From Phallusia mammillata (Eukaryota), in the NCBI GenBank assembly GCA_965637545.1, contig OZ281495.1:25048001-25112000 (forward strand): a DNA stretch of 64,000 nt, in the 5' to 3' direction. This document shows positions 1 to 12,100 of the stretch, one piece after another; position 1 is the stretch's first letter; each line of letters opens with the position of its first letter. The position numbers and the translations under genes are program-made. The notes under the pieces are model-generated. The model was not told the DNA's origin. It saw only the letters and a list, made by a program, of their open reading frames with translations, and ran no database searches.

Positions 1-3000
1 TCACTTGTTCTTCTTGCTCTTCATAATGTCCATTCTGGGAAAGGGAAGGTATACAATGATGGCATTTTTTCTTCTTAATAATACAAACTAAAGAGTTGTT
101 GACGGTGAAATATGTAACCCAAACATGTTTATTTGTCAAGCGAAATTAGCTTTTTATAGCAATGACCCACAGTTTACTTGGGTTCACTAATAGAAGCAAT
201 GTGGGTTCTTAAAATCCAAGACACAGATTTAACCTATCAGCAAGAGTAAAGACAAGGTTACATCTACAGCAAATATTTTTTGTTAGCAGGCAAAGAAGAT
301 AGACAAATGGAGGACTGACATAAAACAAAATGCCTTGTTTAATGTGTAACACCTTGGTGCTAACTCGCCAAAAAAAACAGTTGCAACTGTCAAATACCTA
401 TCGAGTGCACTGGCATTGACAACTTAACCCAACAACTAAAGCAAACCTAAAAGAACATTTTTAATATGAAGCAATACAGAACACACTGACGATAAGTTTA
501 CTCAACAGCAAAAAATGAAAACAATATGTTTGAAAAAACGTTTACCTGCTTAATTGTATATTCCTGTACAACTTCAGTTGTTTCAGTTACAACTGTTGTT
601 TCCTCTTCACCATTATATTCATCATGTGCTTCTAGTTCTTTGGTGATCACAGTGCTGGAAGAGTATGTGGTCGACGGGGTATGAGTTTCTGTGATACCCC
701 TCTCTGATTCCTCCCTTAGTCGTCTGTAATACAACATTTGATTATAAACATTCGAATTCATGTAAAACCAATCCAAAAATTGTTGGGAAGCATTTTTTTT
801 CAATCACCACAATTTTGCATTTTTATGTAAGACCTAATATCTTGAAACATTGGTTAGTAACACATGATGAAGTAAATAAAACTTGTGCACAAAGGACAGT
901 TAACTTCTGTAAGCTTAATTTGTCTTATGGTTATGGCTCATTTAAAATAAGTCAAACAATGACTTTTTCCTCAGGTACAGCACCTGTTTTTCTGCTGTGT
1001 CTGTACAACCATTACTGACTTCATGACAATACTTCAAAGCAAAGAACAATGCTTATGAACAGTTTCCGGAAAATGATGTAACCATAAAGCTTTTAATTTC
1101 CAGTGCACATATATACATGCACTTAGCCTGCAGTGGACTTAAATCTAATGTTACCTTCTCTCTTCTCTGCGCTTTTCTCGCTCAAGACGAGATTCTTCCT
1201 CTTCTTTCAATTGCTTCCTGCAATTCAAAGTTTTACTATAAATGTGTTAGACTCACAGCAATAAGCACATGTTTAACACATAAACTAGAAAGGTGACTTT
1301 CTGATATACTTCCATTTTATATATTGTATATGATATTTACCAATTTAGTACACACTGAATTTGATCTACATATATGATTGTTTTTGCAAACAAAAACGAA
1401 TGGGTCCCCACACGCGTGTGTGTGGATTTACGGAAAACAGATGCGGTTATTTTTAGATTGTTATAGACAAATTATTAGAAAGCATTAACCCAACTTTACA
1501 AAAGTTTTGTCGGTATTCTTTTTGCATCATTATTTTCATATAATAGTTCTTCAGTAGCCTATTGCAGTGTAGTGGCCGAACGACCATTTAAAGATCTTTT
1601 GACACGTTTTTTATTAGCACACAGCCCTTAGTGATTACCAATAACGTTTCTCCCAATGTATATTTTTTCTGGAGTATATGTGTTATAATTAAAGAAGCTA
1701 TGTTGTGACAAAAAATCATTCTCAACTGCGTTCTGCATTTCGTACAAGTTGACCTTCAGTCGCCATAAGGCGGCCAACTTGTCATTGACTGTTTAATGAC
1801 TTTTTATTGAATCTTTGGAAAACATGTAGTTTTTTACCTTCATGTTAATCAACAACGTTTGCCTGAAATGTACAAAATCAAAACATCGTTTTAATCACTT
1901 CGAAGATACAAAACTTTTGCTAAAACTGAAAATACGCATGCTAACTTAATAAAACCACATAGCATTACTGCGCTGATCTAATCATCAAAAATGCGCATTG
2001 ATCTCCCACTATGCATTAAATCGCCGCTATTGAAAACCAGTGAAAAACTCCCTTGGGCTTTCCAGTGTACACATATTATGGGTTGTAATGGTAACCATTT
2101 GGCCACTGAGCCAAAATTTTGAACACTAAATGAGTAACCCACTGCAAACACTTTTTCTTCTTAAAATTTTACCTTTTAGTACATATCACGGGTTTGCATT
2201 TCTGACCTAAGGGACTGGAAAAACTAAAACCGATTATTTCGGGGTTAAAGGGGAGCAAAATGGGTGAATCCAATAAAAAGTTACAAAAATATTTAGAATA
2301 TCTTACATTGCACCAACCAACAAAGCATGAAACTCCTAGATCATGTACTTAGGTCAGTATAGCCGTATAAAAAAATTACGTTTTGGGGCCTGTGGATGAA
2401 CCCTTGGGTCAATCGGGGTCAAACTTCTGGAGGATAAAATATGGATAAATAACTAACACCTGTGTAAATTTTATTAAATTTGAAGCACTCTTTCTTAGGC
2501 AGAAACTAATACTTTGGGGTTTAAGGGGTGAAAAAGGGTAAATCATTTTAAAGGGTACTAAATTCTTTAGAATACCTTACATTGCACCAAACAACAAAGG
2601 ATGAAACTCCTTGATCATGTACTTTGGTCAGTACAGCCATGTTTAAAAGTTTATGTTTGGGGGGTCTGTGGGTAAACCCTTGGGTCACAACTTCAGGAGG
2701 ATCCAATATGGATAAATAAATAACATCTGTCTAAATTTGAAGCACTCTTTCTTGACCAAACGCGTATAACAAACTAGCGTTAGACAGAAAAAGGAATACG
2801 GACAAAAACAATATGTGTCCCCTTCATGGAAGGGGACCCATAAAAACACAAAGATTTGAGCAAGTTCAAAAGGTAGGTTACTTCAAGTAGTGTTTACAAT
2901 GGGCACTGTCATCAACACATGTATAAAGTTGTAAGTACATACATCTATCAATAGACTTAAATGTGAATTTATATTGAAAAAAGATTACACTACATACTCT

Positions 3001-3505
3001 AAATCTTCTCGTTCTTTTCTCCTTCTCTCTTCTCTTTCACGACGCCTTCTTTGTCTTTCCTTTTCAAAATCATCTTCTTCATCCATCTGGGCATGGTCCC
3101 TTGAGTACCTGGATGTTGTGTTTGAGGAGGCCACCTCATCAGTTTTCTTCACCAATCTAAAAGCACATCAGTTGGTCTCAAAAGCCAGTTCTATACAGCC
3201 AATGTTTTAAAATTTTGGTCAATTATTTTTTAATTAACCTACATTGCACAAATACAAAAATAAGCCACAGCCATAAATACGCCTTGCATTTTGGAAAATG
3301 ACTTTTTACGCAGCAATACAAAGTATGAGCAAGGCAAACTATTGTGTGTAAAACATGTTAAGTTGTGTATAGTTTTGATAACAACAATATAGTAAAATAC
3401 TAAAGGTATTTACCTGTCTGCTTCAGCGAGGAGCTCTTGTCTCTTTTTTCTTCTCATTTCCCGCCGTTGCTCCCAGGAAACAGAGTCATCCATAACATCA
3501 GTCAT
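1..3505 (-). CDS. Caldesmon-like protein, 5' part (continues beyond the left edge)
   Basis: Exons 3505-3414, 3156-2998, 1217-1155, 723-546 and 34-<1, all GT-AG with consistent phases. In-frame stops lie just upstream of ATG 3505. Translation MTDVMDDSVSWEQRREMRRKKRQELLAEADRL...DEEDDFEKERQRRRREREERRRKERE resembles the vertebrate caldesmon N-terminus as recalled (MDDFERRRELRRQKREEMRLEAERI...DDDEEEAARERRRRARQER). The gene model is solid; the identity is moderate because the sequence is low-complexity. Confidence 0.65.
1388..2844. mobile_element. Non-autonomous Helentron-type (HINE/DINE-1-like) element in a caldesmon-like intron
   Basis: Subterminal inverted repeats ATGGGTCCCC (1400-1409) and GGGGACCCAT (2832-2841). 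Terminal hairpin GTCCCCTTC-ATG-GAAGGGGAC (2817-2837) preceded by AAAACAATATG. Internal ~270-bp tandem duplication and A-rich flanks. Outer boundaries approximate. Confidence 0.6.
2240..2755. repeat. Two diverged tandem copies of a ~270-bp unit
   Basis: Blocks TTACATTGCACCAA, GATCATGTACTT, AACCCTTGGGTC and TTTGAAGCACTCTTTCTT each occur twice in the same order. Confidence 0.9.
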
Positions 3506-6500
3506 GATTGTGCGTCACTACCAAACCGACCTAAAACTGAATGGTATTTTCTACGATTCTGTGAGGTTCTGCCAGCCTCATTTACAACTAGGCCTCTGTG
3601 AAAAAGCAAACACAGTTCATCTCAAGGGGCCTTCACGTGCGCAAACAATTGACGCAACCAAACACAAATATCAAGCCACTGCTGCAAACTAACTAAAACG
3701 CAGTCGGTCCAGGCGAAACCAGTTGCGTAAAATTTCGATTGTCCTGCCAGTTACGACAGTCGCTATCGCTACCCTGCCTTCTACAGTCTCGAATGTCTTG
3801 AAAAACGCTACGGCTAACCGCCCGAGGTTGCTGGCGAACACAACGGGCGCTACATTGAAAAAGAACTAACCTGCGCTTGTAAACTTGTGACGCATTTGAA
3901 AGCAAACACGGTGCGACATGAAAAGGGCAGGATTTGCGTTCGTTCCGCCCGGCCGCGCCCGTCCAGTGTGGCAACCATCAGCGTAACCGAAGCTCAAACC
4001 ACAAGTAGTTCAACAGCTAAGTGGCTTTTTCGCGGTATTTAAAGTCACTTGTCTCCAAATTGCGCTTTGGTTAGCAAAACTGTCCCTCGCTAAATCCGCA
4101 TTGAACGCCTGCGTATTGGTAAAGTTCACTATAAGCAGTAGGCACTTCCTTCACGTAGTAAGCGTCTCGGGCAAATGGCAGCGTCAGTTTGTACAATCGT
4201 GTTTAATACGTCCGGAAATTCTCCTCGGGCAAACTGGCAAGTTCAATACAAGCTGATACTCCCTATTTTCTGAACCAAGGACTAACAAATCATTGCAAAT
4301 TCTGTACTATGCTTCCACTGCAATAAATCCTTCCAAACATAAAATAGATATCTTAAGAAAGCACAACCAAGTCAAATGGTGATAGTCAAAGACCAAATGT
4401 GCGATTGCGATTCTGAACGCCCATGGGATTGGCTGGGTTTGGTTAAGAATATGGCCAAACACGGCGGAGACACCACGATATGGACAGATAACCGCAGTTT
4501 CCTGTCTTGACTTCTTAACGACGTCGTTAGTTAAAAATATGACCACGCCTGCGCAGAAACAATCTTGTAAAGCTTCGTGCTAAAGCAATTGAAAAATAGC
4601 CCAAGCCACAAATCATTGTCTTTCAGTCATGCAATGAATTTATGCACAAAAACGGCAGTTTCGACTACCTAAGTGTAATATATTGCCAAACCCAGCACCA
4701 AAGTCAGTTCACCACGTGCGTGTAGCCTAAGCTACCAGATTTATACCTTCCAAATAATCACTTGATTAACACTACAGGTTCCGAACAACGCGCATGTCTC
4801 ATTTCCTACAACCCACCCATACCTCTACCGCTCTATGCGCAGAATGATAACATCCCTACCAAGCAAGCCCTCTCGAATGAAAAGAGTGCAAACAAAACAG
4901 ACGCCGAGCTGGCGAATTGCGCAGCAGCAATGTACTTACGCTCAAAATTGGCCAATTAAAGAACTATGTTGCTACTCGTAAATAGGCAATAACAGGGTCC
5001 ATCACCTCAATAGTCAGTCTCAGTAACGGCCGGCCAACATAAAGTGCTGCCTAATGCAACTGGCTGATACTTTTTCCTCGCAAGGTCGTGATTGACATAC
5101 TAGTCAGGGCACGTTGGGCCTGCATCCTGCACGAAGCTGACTGAGAAAAACAAGGCCACACAACAGTAACCTCATATATTTGCCTCATCGCAGCATGGTA
5201 TACTATGTTATTAGCAATAGTTCATAAGTTTACTCTCTCACAAAAGTGGCTAGTGAAGTACAAAACAAAGTACTCACATAAGTTTAGTCTGTTGTGGATA
5301 AAGCTATCCAAACAGCAAAACTTGAAATGCCCCGTAAAGTTACGTCATCCTTAAATAGTCACGTCATAGAAAGATAATTGATTTTCACGCTCAGTTGACA
5401 CAATATCAAATATCAATCTTAACTAGGTTGCATGCTGCGCTTCAATGCATTTCCTTTAGCGACTATTGTGACGCACACAATAACAGCTCGGTTGGACACT
5501 TACGCTGTATAACTTTCTTCCAAATCATAGCTCCGGGCATTCACGACTTGTTTGCGCTGAAGTAACGTTAAAACCTGTATCTTTACAAGTCTGCGTTGAT
5601 CGAGTGGCCTTGAATAGAATAGTCGAGGTTCTGAACAGCCCGAGCGGAACGAACTGCCTTTTTCGGTGCAAGATGGGCGTTCGCAAAGAGCGCCTATTTT
5701 CGCCTTTCTATCTTAGTTATTTTTTTCAACGCAGATGATCGCTAGACGCCTCTGTCACGGCGAAAGTATTTCAAATATGCCGCATCGCTTGGCTGTGAAA
5801 AGTGTAAGCTGTTCTTCTGTTGCTGTCGAATCATTAAATCCTAAAATCTTATCCAAGCTACCGACAACACGATACACCTCAACAAAGATGCCATGTTTTG
5901 TTTTTCTAGCATTGACGATGTGTGTGTTTTTCGCAAAAGAATTGAAATTCAAAGACAGTTTTGTGACCTATCTGCAATGCAAAAAAGTTGACATACTTGG
6001 ACATAAAAATTGGCGTAGGCTGTGTGTTAGAATAGCATAAAATTTATTTTGCCTACTAGGCCTACTTGACGTAAAAATATGTAAGTTTTGAAAAATTACT
6101 ACCTTTAACAAGTTTGAATTATTTTGCAAATCAGTGAAATAAGTTACGCTATCACCGAAATGTGGCTCGGAAAGTAATAGATTTGTATATTAGTTGCCTA
6201 AATTGGTTCTGCATTTAATGCTGTGCATTCAACTTACTTTAAAAGCACGGTATAATATACACAAAAAGTAGAGTTTTAAGACAACACCAGCCATAATTCA
6301 ATATTAGCCTACATGTATTTGACTGCATGTGATTGTTGTTTGAAAAAGTGCGACAAAATATTTTTATCTCAGATACAATGCGAATTCATGCTTCACATCA
6401 CACAAACAGCCGAAATGCACATCCACGTCTCGTTTTAGCCATTACACAAATTACGATCACATGTCAAAGGTACGCATACAGTTAGTTTGAAAACATGGAA

Positions 6501-7197
6501 CTCTGAAAGTGTAAAACTACAACTTATTGCATGAGTGATAAACGCCCGCATATCTGGTGAATTTTGTCAGTACTCAGTAGTTTTGTTTAAGAATGTAGGC
6601 GTCGTTTGCTGAAAATGCAGTTTGCACAAGTTTGGGCATCCCGCATCTCGCAAGCAGGAAACGGTCACGATTCAATGCCAGTACATCATGACGTCATACT
6701 ACATTGTCTCATTGCAATCATTGATAAAAAATGTTGGCGCCATAAATACTAATGGAGATTATTAAAATAAGTACTGATTTCGATCTGGTGCTGTTTTGTA
6801 CTTTCTTTTCCGTCACCTAGCAATTAATTTTACCTTTGGATGGTAAAAAACTAAATCGATTAAGGCTTTCGTTTTTTGTACATAACATCGTCGTTTTTGG
6901 TTTTATGATACGCATTGTGACCAAGGCTACAGGTCTATTTTTTCTGCCAAACTTTTGGATGACAAAGCAGACTATTTTTTTCAACAACGCCCTCTAAAGC
7001 GCCACCCACTGCCCTTGTTTTGCGTGGCGCCCCAAGTGGTTACCTAATCAAAACAAACCGCCAAGGCGTGGATGTGGAACGAGGAGTCATAGAAATTGTT
7101 TTCTATCAGCTTCAGTAGAACGGAATTGGAATTGAAGTAAACGATATCGCTATCGGAGGAAATTTTTTGTGCAAGTATTCATGCTAATACTTTAGTA

Positions 7198-8031
7198 ATG
7201 GAGGAGCCCCCCAAAACTACTGAAGGTGAAACTAGTAGCACCAAAACTACTGAAGGTGAAACCAGTAGCACCAAAACTACTGAAGGAAGGGAGAAAGTAA
7301 TACTCCCCTACGGTTTTGGTGGCAAAATGAAATCTTTTGACTCAAGTTTGTGGAGACTAAAATCAAAGCAACAAATCTTTCCGGTGATGAAAAAAGTTTT
7401 TAAAAAGAAAAAGTGTATTGCAGCGAACGGTATAGATTTGAAAACAGCAAATGCCATAAAGTTGCAACAGGAAAAATGCCCCCACAGTGCTGAAGAAATC
7501 CAACAATTTGTGAGAACATGGTGCCGCCGTGTCCGCAAACACCACAGAGTACATGACTGCCCTATAGACAAGTGGGCAGAAATAATTGATGCAGTAACCC
7601 CAGACAATGGGGATCTAGAGCAGCAATTAATTTCATCCATTATGGCCGCCAGTGAAGAAAATGTTTTAGAAGTAAAGAAGAAACCAACAGATCCACAAAG
7701 TTCTGAATCTTTTCCTGAGCCAAATTACAGTGATATTTACAGATATTTAGCATGTGCCATTGCCAACAAACCATTGCCAGAGCTATCACCGGTTTCAGCG
7801 TTGGTGGTTGAAGAATGTTTGCAATCATTGACTGAACAAATAAAAACTCTGGAAGATGGTGATTTAAGAAAAAACCTTCGATCTGTTTACCTGTTCTTGC
7901 TGAAGAATAAAGCAGAGACGGTAAATGAAGAAGAGGAGGAAGTGCTTGCTCAATTAAACAGTAATTCAAGCTTAACCAACCCACTTGGTGTGCATCAAAA
8001 TGCAATTATTCCTGTTCCTCCAAACATTTAA
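7198..8031 (+). CDS. SNAPC2: snRNA-activating protein complex subunit 2 (SNAP45)-like, intronless, 277 aa
   Basis: Collinear motif matches to human SNAPC2 as recalled: SAEEIQQFV~SEAEIRVFL, PIDKWAEI~PIEVWTDL, NYSDIYRYLA~DFEKIYKYLS, PELSPVSALVV~PELSAAESAVV, TNPLGV~LNPFLV. Confidence 0.75.
   Translation: MEEPPKTTEGETSSTKTTEGETSSTKTTEGREKVILPYGFGGKMKSFDSSLWRLKSKQQIFPVMKKVFKKKKCIAANGIDLKTANAIKLQQEKCPHSAEEIQQFVRTWCRRVRKHHRVHDCPIDKWAEIIDAVTPDNGDLEQQLISSIMAASEENVLEVKKKPTDPQSSESFPEPNYSDIYRYLACAIANKPLPELSPVSALVVEECLQSLTEQIKTLEDGDLRKNLRSVYLFLLKNKAETVNEEEEEVLAQLNSNSSLTNPLGVHQNAIIPVPPNI
7211..7286 (+). repeat. 30-bp coding tandem repeat (x2.5), encoding KTTEGETSST
   Basis: CCAAAACTACTGAAGG recurs at 7211, 7241 and 7271. 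Confidence 0.9.
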
Positions 8032-8217
8032 AATCTTTGGAGTTTTGACTCCCAAAAATTATTAAGGCAAATGTTTTTTTTGTTTTATGTACAACCCACT
8101 TTGTTTGGCTCTGTATAATTATGTGTCACTTGGTTTACCCTTTTTTTGTGGTGCACAATTATATTACAGAAACATATGTGCAATGCTCACAAATCAATAC
8201 ACAAATGATAAGTGAAA

Positions 8218-11181
8218 ATGTCAAAGTTAATTGAATGTGTGCCTAATTTTTCGGAGGGAAGAAAGCCTGATGTAATTGAGGCAATTGCAAAAAGCATCAA
8301 AGACAGTGATGGCTGTCACCTTCTGGATGTTGATGTGGGTGAATCAACAAATCGAACCGTGTACACATTTGTTGGAAATCCTTGTTCTGTGATCAAGGGT
8401 GCACTTAATGCTGCAAAAGTAGCCTTTAAACTCATTGATATGTCAACACACAAAGGTACAGAAACTGTGTTCTGGTTCACTTGTTTAGCAGAAAACTTGA
8501 TTGCTATATTTTTCCAATAGGTGAACACCCAAGGTTTGGGGCAATGGATGTTTGCCCTTTTATTGCTGTCAGGGATACCACCATTGACGACTGCATCGAG
8601 TGTGCAAATCAGTTTGCTAATCTATTAGCAACAACACTGGATGTACCAGGTGAAGCTAGGTTTTCTCCATACCCTGTTGCCAATTTTCACCAAAAAAAGT
8701 AAAACATTCTTTTTAGTTTATTTGTATGGAGCTGCAGCAAGGACTGATGAGCGAAAATTGCTCCCAAACATCAGGAGTGGAGAATATAAGAATCTGCCCA
8801 AAAAGCTAAAGGTTAACAGAAACTTGTTACTTTTGGTTGTGTCCTATAAGTTTTCATGTTACTGTTGCAATCTTGTATCTATGTCAATGTTTTTGTCAGG
8901 ATCCATTATGGTTACCAGACTATGGAACGTCTGAGTTTGTGTCAAGCTGGGGTGCAACAGCTGTTGGCGCTCGTAATTTTTTAATTGCATACAACATCAA
9001 CTTGATCAGCACGAAAGAACAAGCCCATAAAATTGCTCTAAATGTCAGAGAAAAAGGAAGGGGCCCTACACAGGTGTTGTATTGTTTGTGTTTGTGTCTA
9101 CTTCCATTTCTTAGTATGGATGTTGTTGCATGTTTGATTTTTCTTCGTTTAGAGAGGCCGCCTAAAAAATGTTCAAGCAATTGGATGGTACCTTGATGAA
9201 CATAACCTCGCACAAGTTTCTGCAAACCTAACAGATCTGGGTGTAACCAAAATTTATCAGCTGTATGAAGAAGTCTGTAAGGATGCCAAGGTTTTTTTGC
9301 AGACATTATACTTTGCTTTACCATGTAGAAAAAATATTTTTATTTTCTAAAATTTTGTCCCAGGAACTTAATCTTCCTGTTGTTGGTTCACAAATTGTTG
9401 GCCTTGTCCCATTGAAAGCTGTATTAGAGGTTGCTCAGTTTTATATTGACCAAGAAAAGCTGTTTGTTTTGGATGAAATGTCAAAGGTAAAACTTGCTAT
9501 CAGCAGATTGGGCCTGGATTCACTCGGAAAGTTTGAACCAAGCAAAAAAATAATAGAGTAGGTCACAATTATGTTCCAACATTTTTGTGCAGCTAAGCAT
9601 GTAAAGGCCTTTGTAAAATGTTAAGGAACACACACAACAACTATATTATAGCTTACTTAAAAGATTTATGATTTAGGTATGCAGTTGCTGATGAAAACAG
9701 AGATTTTCCATTGGGAACATTGTCTGTCCAATCTTTTGTCAAATCTGTTGCAAGCCGAACGCCTACCCCTGGTGGAGGATCTGTTTCTGCACTGGTTGCC
9801 TCTTTGGTATGTTTGTCATTTGTTGCTTGACGTAGACTTTGCTAACAACAAATCCACTCAAGCACATATTTATGTGTGACTAAATCATAATGTATTTCCT
9901 ATGTCCTGCTAGCCATTATAATAATATATTTATTATCCAGGGTGCAGCATTGTGCACAATGGCAGGCCAACTTTCATATGGTAAAAAACAATGGGAATCG
10001 GTTGAAGAGACCATGAGAAAAAGCATCCCTTCTGTACATGAAAGTATGATGGATTTAATACCTCTTATTGATCTCGATGCCACTGCTTTCAACACATATA
10101 TGGATGCTCTTAAAATGCCAAAGGAAACTGATGATCAAAAAGCCAAGTAAAAACAAGTAGCTTAGTTTACAAAGTATTCATGCCTTCTGTTTGCTTAGAT
10201 ATTTTTAGGTAAAATTCGGTGCTTGATCAATATGTATCTTCTAAACATGCAAATGCAAACAAGTGCAAATGCTATTTTCCCACTAAACTTCATCAATTAT
10301 TAAAATTTTTGTTTCAAATTTACAAAATTTATGTAGACCTAAACATTGTTATGCCAGATATATATCATAAGTCGTTTTTGTACCCCATACTAGGTACATA
10401 TCATAACAAAATGTTTAGTTTTCATAACAACATTTCAACTTTTAGGAGAAATGAAAAAATGTTGCAAGGAATACTTCAAGCAATTGAAGTGCCTATGCAG
10501 GTTATGTCCAAGTCCAATCAGGCATGGTCTTCTGCTAAAGAGATTGCACAATCTGGAAACAAAGCATGCCTTTCAGATTTGCAGGTATATTTTTATTCTG
10601 AGATTGGTTTAAATGTAAATGAAAGCCAAACTATGTAATTTCCAGATGTATAGAGCTCTTTTGGCAAATGTATTTTATTCCGACGTTTCGTCGTCCTATA
10701 CAGGTCGCCTTCATCAGGGAAAATAACACTGAATGCGACTAGTACAGTGCACGATAAACAAAGGAAAAATGAATGAAACGCAAGCACGTCACAACGCAAC
10801 GCAAAAACACTGCGCGATTGCGGACGTCCAACCGTCGGAATAAAAATACCATTGCCAGAAGAGCTCAATAAACTTAATATTATGCCTGGCAGCAATAGCT
10901 TGTATATTTATGTGGTTTCCGTCAAACTTTTTGTCTAGGTCGGGGCCAGATGTCTGGAAATTGGAGTCTGGGGTGCGTTGCAAAATGTTATGATCAATTT
11001 ACCAAAGATTACAGATGAGAGCTTAAAAAACAAGGTTGACTTTTTTTTCTGAATGTCAAGTTTTACACTTTCAGTCATAAAAAATTTTTTTTAGATTGAA
11101 GCAGAGTGCATGGCGAAAATGAAAACTGCTGAAGATGCTTGCAAGGAGATTTTGGAAATTTTGCTGAATAGAAAAGCTTGA
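8218..11181 (+). CDS. FTCD: Formimidoyltransferase-cyclodeaminase, 11 exons
   Basis: Motifs [83 protein letters not shown] and SDLQVGARCLE. Approximate exons 8218-8455, 8521-8649, 8717-8811, 8900-9073, 9152-9289, 9364-9557, 9677-9806, 9941-10145, 10446-10584, 10939-11034, 11095-11181. Frame appears intact to TGA. Confidence 0.96.
10653..10866. mobile_element. Inverted-repeat element in FTCD intron 9, probable Penelope-like pLTR remnant
   Basis: Arms GAGCTCTTTTGGCAAATGTATTTTATTCCGACG and CGTCGGAATAAAAATACCATTGCCAGAAGAGCTC. The left part carries a hammerhead core. Confidence 0.65.
10670..10727 (-). ncRNA. Minimal type I hammerhead ribozyme motif (Penelope-like element type)
   Basis: Minus strand reads GTTATTTTCC-CTGATGA-A-GGCGACC-TGTATA-GGACGAC-GAAA-CGTC^GGAATAAAA. 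The CUGAUGA/GAAA/UH core is intact; stem II has 2 mismatches; stem I is TTCC/GGAA. Confidence 0.7.
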
Positions 11182-11524
11182 GTTGTGTACGTGGTGTACA
11201 GTTTTGCCAAGTAGTATTGGTTGCGAAACTATGCATACATTATCACCGCCATGTAAATTAATGCTTTACACATACAATTCTTATAAATTCTGCGATATGC
11301 AAATGCAATAATTAATAGTACATCGTGAGTAAATCCATTTAGCGCTATTTTAAGGTGTTATAGTGCAGTATTTTATTGTGGTATTAAACGCTTTCTTTGT
11401 TCTTAAATATACAGTGCAATGTATGGTGAAAACAAATTGTCACATTTGTAAATAGACAGAAGGCGGGTCGTTGCGAGAATTTTTAAACACAATTTGCCAC
11501 AGGAGGCAAAGACAACAACAACAG

Positions 11525-11670
11525 TCGTCAAAGATGGCCGAGTGGTTTGCACAACCGTGTTTACAAGCTTGTGGGTTCTAATCCCGTCTCGGCCGCTTGT
11601 TGCCCTGAGCAGACCCTTTTTCAGTCGAACAGATAGGCGTTGTCCGCCCACCGAGAACAAAATAAGCCCT
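11525..11670 (+). mobile_element. tRNA-derived SINE (diverged)
   Basis: A-box TGGCCGAGTGG (11535-11545) and B-box-like GGTTCTAATCC (~11574-11584), followed by a SINE-like body (TTGTTGCCCTGAGCAGACC). Ends approximate. Confidence 0.55.
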
Positions 11671-11679
11671 CAAAGAGTT

Positions 11680-12100
11680 TTTGTGCGGCTCGCGAAGTTA
11701 CGTTTATAAGTTATGTAATTTATTCGGCGGAATTCCCTGTCAGACCAGTTAGTTCAAGTGATACAAGTGGCATATGCAACGTTTTAGTTGGATGATCAAA
11801 ATAGCTCAAAAAGAATCAACAATTGCGATTTGAATCAGCATTTGCGATTGTTACGTCATTGCAATGCCACTGGTTTCAAACAAAGCAATAAAGCACAGTT
11901 GGTTCTTTCACTCTGCTATACACTGTACAGGTATATCTGTGTGTTATTTATTGCAATATTGTTTTTTAATGTAGTTAATGGCATTAATAAACAATTTACT
12001 TCTTAATCATGCATTTTTTGTTGTTGTCATTTTACACGGCCTTCGACCTACTTAAAAGTTTGTTTTTGGCCCTCAAAGTTGTTTGAGTTTGACACCCCTG
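11680..12100. mobile_element. hAT-type MITE fragment (right end only)
   Basis: Ends GAGTTTGACACCCCTG, similar to the TTTGGACACCCCTG terminus at 23183. No left TIR found. Confidence 0.4.
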
